Source: Candidatus Latescibacterota bacterium (GTDB lineage: Bacteria > Latescibacterota > UBA2968 > GCA-2709665). Taken from it: a stretch of DNA of 64,000 nucleotides. The stretch lies in the NCBI GenBank assembly GCA_965208835.1, contig OZ242358.1:672001-736000 (forward strand), given 5' to 3'. Below the pieces are notes generated by a model, which worked only from the letters and a program-made list of their open reading frames with translations, ran no database searches and had not been told where the DNA came from. Made by a program: the position numbers and the translations under genes. This document shows positions 28,615-38,405 of this stretch, piece after piece (within the stretch, counting starts at the first letter, position 1; each line of letters begins with the position of its first letter).

Positions 28615-29637
28615 ATGTCGAAAATACGTATCGCGGTTGTGGGCGCCGGGAACATGGCACGGGTCCGTGGCCAGGCGTTTCTGGATACGGGGCGGGCGGA
28701 AATCTGCGGCGTTGCCGCCCGTCGAAGGGAGACCGCCGAATGCTGTGCGGCGGAGCTGGGGTGCGCGGTTTTTGGCGATGATTATCGGAAATTGGCCGGC
28801 ACCCGCCCGGACGCCGTCCTGATCGAAGTACCGCATCGCGTTCAGGACGAGGCGACGATGTGGGCGCTGGATGCCGGCTACGACCTCCTCATCGGCGGCT
28901 GTCTCGCGTCGTCTCTGGAGAACGGAAAACGGATTGTGGAGATGACAAACCGGTCAGAGCGGATCGTGGAGGCGGGGTTTCAGCGCCGGTACGACCCGGC
29001 GTGGGAAGAGATCAGGCGCCTGGTGGCGGGAGGAGAACTGGGGCCGCCGGTGATGGCCGTGACCAGGGCACTGTGGAATCCGGACCCGGATGCCTGGTAC
29101 TACGATCAGGAGGCCAGCGGGGGCATGCCGCTGACCCACATGAGCTACTGTTATCTGAATGCGGTCCGCTGGATTCTCGGCAGGCCGACCACCGTTTCGG
29201 CGATGGCCAACCGGAAGCGGAATACGGCGCCCGGCCACGTTGCCGAGGAGACGTGCGGGGCGCTGATCGGATTCGAAAACGGGGCTTTCGCTTCGGCTAC
29301 GGCCAGCTATATCGGCCCGGACGGGATGTCCGACCCGCAGCCGCGATTCATTTGTGCCAACGGCGGAATTCAGACGAATGCCGAGAGCCCGCCCGGCAAG
29401 GACGCCATTACCGTGTATTGGGAAGGTCGCTCCGAAGTCCGGAGCTTTGAGGCGGAACCGTCGTCTATGTTGAGGCAGGCACACGCGTTTCTGGATGCCA
29501 TGGAACGTCGGCGCGAAGCCCTGAATCCTCCCGAGGATGCCCTGCTGGACGTTGAGATCGCCGAAGCCATTTCCATCTCTGCACAGGAAGACCGTACCGT
29601 TTCGTTGGGGGGAATCAGATCCGGAGGTTGGGAATGA
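28615..29637 (+). CDS. Gfo/Idh/MocA family oxidoreductase
   Basis: IRIAVVGAGNM, PDAVLIEVP, GFQRRYDP, WYYD...SGG. The usual EKP motif is replaced by GGC. Confidence 0.85.
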   Translation: MSKIRIAVVGAGNMARVRGQAFLDTGRAEICGVAARRRETAECCAAELGCAVFGDDYRKLAGTRPDAVLIEVPHRVQDEATMWALDAGYDLLIGGCLASSLENGKRIVEMTNRSERIVEAGFQRRYDPAWEEIRRLVAGGELGPPVMAVTRALWNPDPDAWYYDQEASGGMPLTHMSYCYLNAVRWILGRPTTVSAMANRKRNTAPGHVAEETCGALIGFENGAFASATASYIGPDGMSDPQPRFICANGGIQTNAESPPGKDAITVYWEGRSEVRSFEAEPSSMLRQAHAFLDAMERRREALNPPEDALLDVEIAEAISISAQEDRTVSLGGIRSGGWE

Positions 29638-29682
29638 CAGTGATGGAATTCTGGCCGGGTCAAGTTTCGGGAGATGTGAAAG

Positions 29683-32487
29683 ATGCTTTGTCGTCTGTTC
29701 GTCGCGATGCTATTCATCACCTTGCAAACGTACGCGGAGGAGGTCCACGTCATGAAAACCGGAGTCAGTACGAGTACTGCCGAGCCGACCGGGTTTGTTT
29801 CCGTTAACGGAACGGTCGTCATTCAGGCGGAGGCCGCCGGGATCGATCCCGGTCGTGCAGAGATCGTAACGCAGATTTCGTTTTCCAGCGAGAAGGGCGT
29901 TTCGCTCAAGGCCGGTGTGGCCGCCAACGTGGGCTCGCACGGCGCCGGACCGGACCTGGTTTTCAAAGTGCGGGCGTCCCGGGCCGGGAGGTACGTGATT
30001 CGTACGCACGCGGCCACGGACGCGAGGGGCAGCGAGGCAATGCGAAAGGCAAAAAGCAAGTTTGACTCGTTGCACCTCAAGATCGCCGTCGGCGATGCAC
30101 GCCCGACAAGACGCGTGGTATTCGTGCCCTGGAGCCGTTCGGAGAGCTGTACACAGACGACCGGAAAGTTTGAATTCAACGGACAGGAACAGGAGATCCG
30201 GATCTGGCTGCCGGAGGGCGTGCGTCTGGACCACCTCGAAGTCGGCCCGTACAGGCCGCCGGAAGTCCCGGCAGCCGCGACCGACTACCGGCCGATGGTG
30301 GCTCCGCCGGCATCCCGACCACGCATCTGGGTGAACGAGCAGTCGCTGCCGAAGGTTCGGGCGAATCTTACGAAGGGCGAAAACGCGCCCCTGTGGGCAG
30401 AGGTCAGGGCAGCGGCGGCCGAACCCTGCGCGTTTGGAGCTGAACCGGATACGGAAGTCGCCTATGACGCCAAACTCGAAAAAGTCGCCGTCGCCAGGGC
30501 TTTCGTTTACCTGATGAACGGCGAAGAGACGCCCGGCCGGGAAGCGGTGGCGCTGATCCGCGACTATCTCGCCGCGGTCGAATTCGGAAACCTGCTCGAT
30601 ATTACCAGGGAAATCGGTCGCGCCATCTACTCTGCCGCGCTCGTCTACGACTGGTGCTACGATTTGATGACACGCGATGACAGGGACAGCATCCGCGGCA
30701 ATCTCATGCGTCTTGCCGACGATATGGAGATCGGCTGGCCGCCGTTCAAGCAAATCATCGTCAACGGCCATGGCAACGAGGCGCAGGTCAACCGCGATCT
30801 GCTCTGCATGGCCATTGCCATCTACGACGAGGACCCGGTACCGTATCGATACTGCGCCTACCGCCTGCTGGAAGAACTGGTTCCAATGCGCCGGTTCGAA
30901 TACCGGTCCCCGCGCCACAACCAGGGCGTGAGTTACGGGCCGTACCGGTTCGGGTGGGATATGCACGCCGCCTGGCTGTTTTACCGTATGACCGGCGAGC
31001 GGGTCTTCGACGACAACATCGCGGACGTCTGCAAGTTCTGGCTTTACATGCGCATGCCGAACGGAGAGACCCTGCGGGACGGCGACGGATTCTCCGACGG
31101 AAGCCCCGCAAGTCTCGGAGCTACCGCACTGCTGAGTTACGCGTACAGCAGCGATCCGGTCATCAAACGCGACTTCGAGCGACAGGGCGGGCTGCCGGCC
31201 GACCCGATCCTGGTGCTGCTGCTGAACGACCCCGACTTGAAGGCAGCCGAGGATTTCTCTTCATTGCCGCTCACCCTGGATTTTGGACCGATCCTCGGTT
31301 CGATGGTCGCCCGGACCGGATGGAATATGGGCGTGGGCGTGTCCGACGTGGTCGTGGAAATGAAGGGCGGGGGGTATCACTTCGGCAATCACCAGCACGC
31401 CGACGCGGGGAGTTTCCAGATCTACTACCGCGGGCTGCAGGCGGCCGACCTGGGGCAGTACCATTTCTACGGAACGCCCTACGACTTCAACTTCTGTAAA
31501 CGTTCGATTTCGCACAGCATGATGCTGGCGGTCGATCCTGAGGAGCAATTTATCCGCAATACGGTCAACGACGGAGGCGCGCGCTTCATTCAATCCTGCC
31601 CGACCACACCGGACCAGGCGCTTTCTGATCCGACATTCGCCAATGGGGACGTCCTCTCAGCCGACTTCGGACCGTCTCCACAGCGGCCGTTCTACAGTGC
31701 CTTCTCGGTCAACCTGACGTCGGCTTACAGCAGGAAGATCGTGGACTACGTGCGCACCTTCTGCTTCCTGAACCTCGATAACGAGCAGACTCCCGCGGCG
31801 CTGATCGTCCTGGACAACATGACCACCGCCAGACCGGAGTTCAGGAAATACTGGCAGGTCAACACCCTCAACCCGCCCGAAACGACGGACGATGGCGTTA
31901 TCCTGAGAAACAGCGACGCTGACGGGAGCGGCAAGGTCGTTCTCAGGATGCTGCGACCGGGGTCGGATGAGCGGGACCTGCAGGTCAGGAGCGGCGATGA
32001 AGCCTACAGCGTGTTCGGACAGTTCTTCACACCACCAAAACCGGACCGTCCTGAAGCGAACGGCCATCGCGTGATGTTCTCACCCGCGAAAGAGCGGAGC
32101 AACGATGTGTTTCTGACGGTGATGACGATGTGTGACGAACAGGAGGAGCAGCTGCCGGTCGACTTCGTTGAACTCCCGGAAGCCTTCGTTGTCACGCTGG
32201 CGGACCGGGTGGTGGTCTTGAGCCGGACAGGCAAGCTGCTGGAGCAGACGCTGCAGGTGGAGGTCGCGGACGGCGAAAGCCGACAACTGCTGTTGACCGG
32301 CCTGGCGCCTGGCGACTGGAGTATCCGCGACAGGGACGGTATTGTCCGGTACAGCGCCCGGGTCGACGCGCACAGGAATACCGCTTTTTTCGTGGTTCCC
32401 GGGGGGAAATATACCGTTCAACCCAGAGCCATCTCCGGCGCGGGGGAGTTCCAGGCCTCACAGGATTTCATGCCCGCCGTCAGATAG
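29683..32487 (+). CDS. Secreted heparinase II-like (PL21-type) glycosaminoglycan lyase
   Basis: Signal peptide MLCRLFVAMLFITLQTYA. Motifs ALVYDWCYDL, GHGNEAQVNRDLL, HNQGVSY, ARTGW and FGNHQHADAGSFQIYYRG match heparinase II motifs as recalled. Confidence 0.8.
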   Translation: MLCRLFVAMLFITLQTYAEEVHVMKTGVSTSTAEPTGFVSVNGTVVIQAEAAGIDPGRAEIVTQISFSSEKGVSLKAGVAANVGSHGAGPDLVFKVRASRAGRYVIRTHAATDARGSEAMRKAKSKFDSLHLKIAVGDARPTRRVVFVPWSRSESCTQTTGKFEFNGQEQEIRIWLPEGVRLDHLEVGPYRPPEVPAAATDYRPMVAPPASRPRIWVNEQSLPKVRANLTKGENAPLWAEVRAAAAEPCAFGAEPDTEVAYDAKLEKVAVARAFVYLMNGEETPGREAVALIRDYLAAVEFGNLLDITREIGRAIYSAALVYDWCYDLMTRDDRDSIRGNLMRLADDMEIGWPPFKQIIVNGHGNEAQVNRDLLCMAIAIYDEDPVPYRYCAYRLLEELVPMRRFEYRSPRHNQGVSYGPYRFGWDMHAAWLFYRMTGERVFDDNIADVCKFWLYMRMPNGETLRDGDGFSDGSPASLGATALLSYAYSSDPVIKRDFERQGGLPADPILVLLLNDPDLKAAEDFSSLPLTLDFGPILGSMVARTGWNMGVGVSDVVVEMKGGGYHFGNHQHADAGSFQIYYRGLQAADLGQYHFYGTPYDFNFCKRSISHSMMLAVDPEEQFIRNTVNDGGARFIQSCPTTPDQALSDPTFANGDVLSADFGPSPQRPFYSAFSVNLTSAYSRKIVDYVRTFCFLNLDNEQTPAALIVLDNMTTARPEFRKYWQVNTLNPPETTDDGVILRNSDADGSGKVVLRMLRPGSDERDLQVRSGDEAYSVFGQFFTPPKPDRPEANGHRVMFSPAKERSNDVFLTVMTMCDEQEEQLPVDFVELPEAFVVTLADRVVVLSRTGKLLEQTLQVEVADGESRQLLLTGLAPGDWSIRDRDGIVRYSARVDAHRNTAFFVVPGGKYTVQPRAISGAGEFQASQDFMPAVR

Positions 32488-32521
32488 TTGGCAGGATGAG
32501 AACAAGCTTGATTGGATTGCT

Positions 32522-33547
32522 TTACGCTGGTTTGCGGGCGTGAACGAGGTACATCGGCGTGAAGATCCCGAGCCGGCCGGCTTCGACCATGGCTTCCGCG
32601 CAGAGCTCCAGGGTGTCCGCTACGCGTACCGATCCCTGCGGCGCCATGCGGATCGCCTCGAGCGCCTTGAGGGAATTCGTAGTGACCCAGCGCCCGACCC
32701 TCGATCTGCGGAAGCCGGTCAGAGAGAGACCGGAACCGATCAGAGGTTGATACCAGGGGATGGACGGACCATTCTGGATCGAAAGATCCCGGGCTTCCAA
32801 TACCTCAAAGCCAACAGTTCGAAGCGCTTGATCGACCGCGTGGGTGTCGTCGATCACGAACAGACTGCCTCCCAGCTGAATGTCGGCCTTGATCCTGAGA
32901 TGGTGGGGATCGTTGGCGTCGAAGCGATCGGTCATACAGTATTCGTACGCAGCGAAGCACGCGCCCGGCTTCAGCAGACGATGTACCTCGCTGTAGATGC
33001 TGACTTTGTCCGGCGCACAGCAAGATGCCTCGATGGAGTAGGCCGCATCGAACGACTCGTCCGGAGCGTCCACATGCAGGAAGTCGCAGTGCAGGAACTC
33101 GGTCAAATGCGCCAGGCCCGCTTCTTCGGAAAGTCTCCGGGCACGTTCGAGTTGGTAGGCATTGCTGTTTATGCCGACGACTCTGGCGCCGGAAAAGCGG
33201 GCGATTTCCAATAACGGCCCTCCGACGCCGCAACCCAGATCGGCAACGACCATCCCGGTTTCGAGTTCGAGTACCTGCGCCACGTAGCGTTCGTGGCGAG
33301 CAAGCGATTCCTTGAAGCTCTCTCCGAGGACGCGCGGGGCGAAGTGAAAGGACCTGCCCCATCCAAACTCAAAGAAGTCCGTTACCACGTCATAGTAGAG
33401 ATTGTTGACCTTCCACTCGGCAGGTTTCTCCTCCTCCGGTGGAACCTGGCCGGCCATTTTGAAGCTATGTTCGTATTCGCTTATGGTCGAAGCGATATCG
33501 GCATCGCTGTCTTTATGCCTGAGGCTTTTTGAGAGCTTGACTGACAT
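32522..33547 (-). CDS. Sterol 24-C-methyltransferase (Erg6/SMT-like)
   Basis: Region I YYDVVTDFFEFGWGRSFHFAPR, SAM motif DLGCGVGGP, YSIEASCCAP, LKPG..F..YE, C-terminal GIFTPMY...ARKP. Confidence 0.9.
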   Translation of the reverse strand: MSVKLSKSLRHKDSDADIASTISEYEHSFKMAGQVPPEEEKPAEWKVNNLYYDVVTDFFEFGWGRSFHFAPRVLGESFKESLARHERYVAQVLELETGMVVADLGCGVGGPLLEIARFSGARVVGINSNAYQLERARRLSEEAGLAHLTEFLHCDFLHVDAPDESFDAAYSIEASCCAPDKVSIYSEVHRLLKPGACFAAYEYCMTDRFDANDPHHLRIKADIQLGGSLFVIDDTHAVDQALRTVGFEVLEARDLSIQNGPSIPWYQPLIGSGLSLTGFRRSRVGRWVTTNSLKALEAIRMAPQGSVRVADTLELCAEAMVEAGRLGIFTPMYLVHARKPA

Positions 33548-33731
33548 CGAAACGTCCTCCGACAGGTTTGCTTTTCAGGTACCGCCCCATTTACAGCAAC
33601 CTGCGAGCCGGGTCGGCTTCCATTTCGAAATGTATGGGAAAAGCACGGCGCCCGCCATAGTACACATTAAATCGGCGCGCGTTGGAAACGGGAGGCGCCG
33701 ATCAGTCCAGCCGTTTGTATCTTTCACATCC

Positions 33732-34820
33732 TCAATCGTTCGTTTCTTCCTCTCCCGGCGGGGAATCGTGTAGCGGAAACCGTGTCTTGAACGCAGGTGT
33801 GGCGCGGAACGCCACGTCTCCCGAGTGCGGGTCAGCGGATAAGAAGCACGCGGCGATGCCGCGCTCCGCGGCCCATGAGATCCCCTCCTTTCTACCCATG
33901 ACGAACAGCGCCGTCGAGAGTACGTCCGCGACGAATGCGTTTTCGTGCCAGACGGCGACCGACCCGGTTCGGTCGACCGGCCGGCCGTTGCGCGGGTCGA
34001 CGATGTGGCCGATGCGGCGTCCGTCCGCCGTGTCCGGGTCCTGCTCGGATCCGCTGCTCGTGGCGATTGAGCCGGCGGCGAGAGTTAACTCGAGAACCGC
34101 CTTTTGGCGCTGCGCCGGATGTGCAAGGCCGACTGACCACGGGCCATCGGACGATTCACCGGACACGGCCACCTGCCCGCCGAAATCGATGAACCATGCG
34201 CCGCGCCGGTCGCGCTCGGCCTCTCGGACCCGATCCAGCGCCTCGCCCTTGCCGAATCCGCCCGCGTCCAGAATGACCGCTGCGCGCCGCGTGACGGCGC
34301 ACGACTCTGCATCGAGTACGAGCTTGTCGAAGCCGGAAGCGGCCAGCGCCGCCAGCGCCTCGCCGGCATCCGGTTCCCTGCCTTCTCCGCGCAGATCCCA
34401 CGCCTTGATGAGATTGCCTACGGCCGGATCGAACGCGCCGTCCGTGGCCGCATGCCACTGCGCAATGCGGGAGAAGAGTCCGCAGATGGCGGCCGGAACA
34501 GGCAGCGGTGTTCCCACTGGCTGTCCATTCACGGCGCTGAGGACGCTGTCGTCCCGCCAGGTGCTGAGTTCAGCTTCGGTGACCTCGATGACGCGGACCA
34601 TACGTTCCAGCTTCGCCAGACCGGTCTGACGATCCACGGTCTCAACCACGAAGGTGGCGTACGTGCCCATGAGGAACACGGCGCGCTCGATGCGGACTGG
34701 ATACGTCCCACCCGTGTCGCGCGCGGAAGCCGACCCCGTTGCGAAGGCCGCGGCTCCCAACCACAGGACCCACGGTACCGCGCGACGCACCGCGAGCCGG
34801 TTCAGGGTGAGCGTCCTCAT
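33732..34820 (-). CDS. apbE: FAD:protein FMN transferase ApbE
   Basis: LMGT, GAFDPAVG.L...W, LDAGGFGKG.ALD, DFGGQ, IATS, GHIVDPRNG, ADVLSTALFV. Confidence 0.92.
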   Translation of the reverse strand: MRTLTLNRLAVRRAVPWVLWLGAAAFATGSASARDTGGTYPVRIERAVFLMGTYATFVVETVDRQTGLAKLERMVRVIEVTEAELSTWRDDSVLSAVNGQPVGTPLPVPAAICGLFSRIAQWHAATDGAFDPAVGNLIKAWDLRGEGREPDAGEALAALAASGFDKLVLDAESCAVTRRAAVILDAGGFGKGEALDRVREAERDRRGAWFIDFGGQVAVSGESSDGPWSVGLAHPAQRQKAVLELTLAAGSIATSSGSEQDPDTADGRRIGHIVDPRNGRPVDRTGSVAVWHENAFVADVLSTALFVMGRKEGISWAAERGIAACFLSADPHSGDVAFRATPAFKTRFPLHDSPPGEEETND

Positions 34821-35281
34821 GTTCTAGGCATTCGCGAGGCGGTGGCATTCGCCCTGCGGGGAGTGATCCGCCAGCCGTTGACGAGATGGACGCCGTAGCC
34901 GATAACGAAAACTGCGCTGGCCGCGACGTGGATCCAGATGAAGAGAGTGATGAGCGCCGGCGTGGTCGCGACCTGGATCAGATAGCCGCTGAGGGCCATC
35001 ACCGTGAAGCTCAGAAGCGAGGTCCATCCGGACCGTCGGTTTGCCGGCTTTCGTGAACGTAGCTTCCGGAACGAGTGCGAGCGGAACAACATGCCGAAGA
35101 AAGCGACGAACAGCGGCGCCGCGAGGATGTGAACCGACAGTGTCGAAGATTGCCACGGATGGTTGACGACGGCGAACGGGTCATCGGTCGTCATCGCGTA
35201 CTTCATGTAAAAGTAGACGATCCCGGTTCCCGTGACAATGACGTGGAAAGTATTGAAACCCCAGCGTTCCCACCAGGTCAT
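34817..35281 (-). CDS. Small four-TM membrane protein with His residues, typical of ApbE clusters
   Basis: Hydrophobic helices with H residues (FHVIV, VHILA, IHVAA, VHLV). 4-bp overlaps with both neighbours. Confidence 0.65.
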   Translation of the reverse strand: MTWWERWGFNTFHVIVTGTGIVYFYMKYAMTTDDPFAVVNHPWQSSTLSVHILAAPLFVAFFGMLFRSHSFRKLRSRKPANRRSGWTSLLSFTVMALSGYLIQVATTPALITLFIWIHVAASAVFVIGYGVHLVNGWRITPRRANATASRMPRT

Positions 35282-35865
35282 TGCCCTTCCCTCCCAGGCT
35301 CGCGTCCCTCCAGCACCATGTCGAGGGCCAGCACGCGGCGCACGGCGGCGTTGACGGCGTGCGCGGTCAGCGTCGCCCCCGCGATGGGTCGGATCGCACG
35401 GTGGAGAGCGACGTCGTCAACGAGCGGTTTCCCGTAGTACTGCCCTTTCCATCGCTCGGAGGGGATGTACTCGGGGGGCTCGAGAAATGCGGTCACGTCG
35501 ATGCGCCGCACCCGCCCGTCCGATTCGAGCGAGATGAGCAGGCTCTCGCGCTTGGTCCGCACCACGTGCGTGTCGGCGTACGCCCTGCCGACGACGACGC
35601 CATCGCGCCGCGCCACGTAGCGGGCGTAGATGCGGGTCCGCACGTCCTCGCGCGCCAGCTCGGCTATCCGTTCCACCTGCTCGAACGTCAGGTAGACGCG
35701 ATCCCCGGTGATTGTCGCGCCTGCGAAGACCGCGTTCAGCGCTTCCTGGCGCGACACGACACCGGACTGTTCGGAAGCCGCGCCGCCTGCGAGCACGAGC
35801 CAGGTGACCAGAACGCTCGCAACGCGCCTGTGCGCCGCCCGCCCAGCGGTCGACTTCTGCACCAT
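35278..35865 (-). CDS. Exported FMN-binding (flavinylated) protein
   Basis: Signal-like helix, F.EPPEY.P...W..QY, IAGATLT flavinylation-type motif. ATG at 35865 after GGGAGAAGG. Confidence 0.8.
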   Translation of the reverse strand: MVQKSTAGRAAHRRVASVLVTWLVLAGGAASEQSGVVSRQEALNAVFAGATITGDRVYLTFEQVERIAELAREDVRTRIYARYVARRDGVVVGRAYADTHVVRTKRESLLISLESDGRVRRIDVTAFLEPPEYIPSERWKGQYYGKPLVDDVALHRAIRPIAGATLTAHAVNAAVRRVLALDMVLEGREPGREGQ

Positions 35866-36033
35866 GATCGGCCTTCTCCCAGTGTCATGTCCGGAAAATA
35901 AGTTGCCAAAATTCGCCCGTCGAGTCAACCGTCCAGCAAGGCGACTGAACGCAGACGACCTGCGCAGGGTCGGCCCAACGCCGTGAGACGGGATGAATCG
36001 GCGGGCGAATGGAGAGGAATCAACGGGACAGGA

Positions 36034-37410
36034 CTAGAACGCGTACCCGACGTTGACGTTGAACTGGTTGACGCCGCTGTCGGCGGGGTTGTTTACCCAC
36101 ATGTGGTCGACCTTGACGACGACGCCCGGTGTTGGCTTCAGATCGAGTCCGAACGTCGTGTACGTATTGTCCTTGGAGGCGCTCCGTGTGAATCCGGTCG
36201 CGACGGCCGCGTGTGTGTCGACCTTCTCGTAGCGGATGTAGGGAGTGAGTGCCACGTCGCCGGTCCCCGACGCCTGCGACAGCAGGTCATAGCCGATCTG
36301 CACGTAGCCGCCCTGCAGCTTCTTGCCTACGCCGCTTGATCCGGTAAGTTCGAGTACATGGTTCAGCTGGGGTGTGTCCTCTATCTGCGCCTGTGCGAAG
36401 AGACCCCGGAGGTCGAAGCCGCGCATCTGGACCTGCGCGTGGACGTCGAAGATGTTCGTACGGACGCCATAATTCCTGCCGTCGACCACGATGTCTCCCT
36501 GTCCGGAATTTCCGGTGTAGAAGCTGGCACCGAGGAACACGCCTGGAGTCGGCGTGAAATCGAGGCGACCCGTCAATGCGAAATCGTTCGCCTTGGCCTT
36601 CCCACCTTTCTGCCGGCCGCCTCGAACGCCGCTCGACGAGAAGGCGGAACCGTTGAAGCCATTGACGACGTAGGCGCGGAAGGCGAACTTGTCGTACGCG
36701 CCGTAGACGCCGCCACCGTTTTCCCGCCAGGTCGACGGGATGATCTTGTTCTCGGTCACCGGTCGTTCGGCTCCGAGGAAGACAGTCGGCTCGTGGAACT
36801 CGTTGACCAGTCCCATCGGGACCAGCAGCATGCCGGCCCGAACGCCGACATTCTCGTTTGCGAGGAAGTCGACGTACGCGAACTCGACGAAAATCTCCTT
36901 GGCGTGCTCGACCTCGATCTCCGAATTGAACAGGAACCGGTCGTTGAACCGGTAGCCGGCGTACAGGATCGCCCGCAGGTAGTCGAACTGGTCGGTCTTG
37001 TCCGAGGCGTAGTTCTCATAGAGCGCTTCGCCGTACCCGGCGATCGATACGCCCGATTTGATCTTGTAGGTCGCGGCCGCCGACGGCGCCAGCCCAAGCG
37101 CGCGGACCTGGTCGAGCGTCATCTCGTACTCGGGCTCGCCGCTGCGCAGCCGCTCGAGCTCCTCGGCGAGCAACTCGATCCGACGCTCGAGTTCCTTGAT
37201 GTCGACCTCATCCACCCTGGTATCCTGCTCCTCCGCCTCGTCCCTGGCCATCTCGCCCTCTGTGCTCGTTACATCACTGTCCGTTCCGGAGGCTGCGCCG
37301 TCCTGTGCTGCTGCGGTTTCGAGAGTGAACACGAGGAAGCCGGGAAACAGCATCAGCAGGATGAACTTCCATGACGCGGCGGTGCCTGATCTAATTCGAT
37401 CTCTTTTCAT
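36034..37410 (-). CDS. Outer-membrane porin-like beta-barrel protein
   Basis: Signal peptide, coiled-coil LERRIELLAEELERL, GYGE..Y, FNSEIEVEHA, EFAYVDF, HEPT.F...RP.....IIPSTWRE, C-terminal VGYAF. Confidence 0.8.
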   Translation of the reverse strand: MKRDRIRSGTAASWKFILLMLFPGFLVFTLETAAAQDGAASGTDSDVTSTEGEMARDEAEEQDTRVDEVDIKELERRIELLAEELERLRSGEPEYEMTLDQVRALGLAPSAAATYKIKSGVSIAGYGEALYENYASDKTDQFDYLRAILYAGYRFNDRFLFNSEIEVEHAKEIFVEFAYVDFLANENVGVRAGMLLVPMGLVNEFHEPTVFLGAERPVTENKIIPSTWRENGGGVYGAYDKFAFRAYVVNGFNGSAFSSSGVRGGRQKGGKAKANDFALTGRLDFTPTPGVFLGASFYTGNSGQGDIVVDGRNYGVRTNIFDVHAQVQMRGFDLRGLFAQAQIEDTPQLNHVLELTGSSGVGKKLQGGYVQIGYDLLSQASGTGDVALTPYIRYEKVDTHAAVATGFTRSASKDNTYTTFGLDLKPTPGVVVKVDHMWVNNPADSGVNQFNVNVGYAF

Positions 37411-37573
37411 GCTTCTTTACTCCCTTCGTTTGATACCTGTGAATCGTTGTGCCGCACCCGATTGGGCAATACGCTGTTTACTTCAAGCCGCCCTGAGATT
37501 CGACGTCAAAGGGTGCGAATGTGGGCATCGGGAAGCTTTCCGGCTCAGAAAAAGCGCTCCTGCCCAACGTCCG

Positions 37574-38182
37574 TTATTTCGAATAGAGCTCGACGATTAG
37601 CTGTTCTTCAACCGTCGTTGGTATTTCATCTCGCATTGGATATTCCAAAAGCGTCCCACTCAAGTTTACTTTATCCACCGAAAGCCACGATTGGCCTGCA
37701 TCACCGGCGCGGCTGAGTGCATCGTGAACGAGTTGCATCTGACGGCTTCCGGCGCGGATCTGCACGGTATCGCCAGGCGCAACCTGGAATGACGGAATAT
37801 TCACGATTCGCCCGTTGACAACGATGTGGCGATGATTCACGAGTTGCCGTGCCGATCGTCGTGTTGGCGCAAAGCCCAGACGGAATATCAGGTTGTCCAG
37901 ACGACATTCGAGCGTCTGCAACAGCAACGCTCCGGTCACGCCCTTTCTGCCGGCGGCTTTTTGATAGTACCCTCGAAACTGTTTCTCCAGTACGCCGTAG
38001 ATACGCTTTGTCTTTTGTTTTTCGCGCAGCTGGAGTGCGTATTCCGATGGTTTACGACCCATTCTCTGTCCGTGCATGCCAGGCGGATAGTCTCGCTTCT
38101 CGAATGCGCAGTTTTTCTTGTCGCACAGTTTGATTCCTTCCCGGCGGCACAGCTTGCAGATCGGGCCGGTGTACCTCGCCAT
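37574..38182 (-). CDS. rpsD: 30S ribosomal protein S4
   Basis: MARYTGP.CK.CRREG, PPGMHG, SEYALQLREKQK, LE.RLDN..FRLGFA.TR..ARQLV.H.H, EQLIVELYSK. Confidence 0.97.
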   Translation of the reverse strand: MARYTGPICKLCRREGIKLCDKKNCAFEKRDYPPGMHGQRMGRKPSEYALQLREKQKTKRIYGVLEKQFRGYYQKAAGRKGVTGALLLQTLECRLDNLIFRLGFAPTRRSARQLVNHRHIVVNGRIVNIPSFQVAPGDTVQIRAGSRQMQLVHDALSRAGDAGQSWLSVDKVNLSGTLLEYPMRDEIPTTVEEQLIVELYSK

Positions 38183-38320
38183 TCGATGTCTCCCTGTTTT
38201 TTGTATTGGCCGTGAAGTCATTCAAGGGGGGCGGCACGACCACCGTCGAAGCAATCCCGCTCCGCGTACCTGATCTGTTAATCGGAATCGGATGATTACT
38301 CTGTTTGAAACAAATAGGTT

Positions 38321-38405
38321 ATATTATAAACGTTAATTTGTATAGTCAATAATTTGTTTTAGATATAAAACAACCGAATCGACTTGTCAAGGTTTTTTTA
38401 AAAAA
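38321..38405 (-). promoter_or_regulatory. Tandem sigma70-like promoters with A/T tracts upstream of rpsD
   Basis: On the minus strand: TTGACA (38390-85) N17 TATATC, and TTGACT (38349-44) N17 TAATAT, which overlaps a TATAAT. The most AT-rich stretch of the window. Confidence 0.65.

Noticed and set aside
37411-37573. Possible riboswitch or Fur box upstream of the porin gene
   Set aside because: Some TGGGCA/TGCCCA pairing, but no FMN, cobalamin or Fur consensus recognised.
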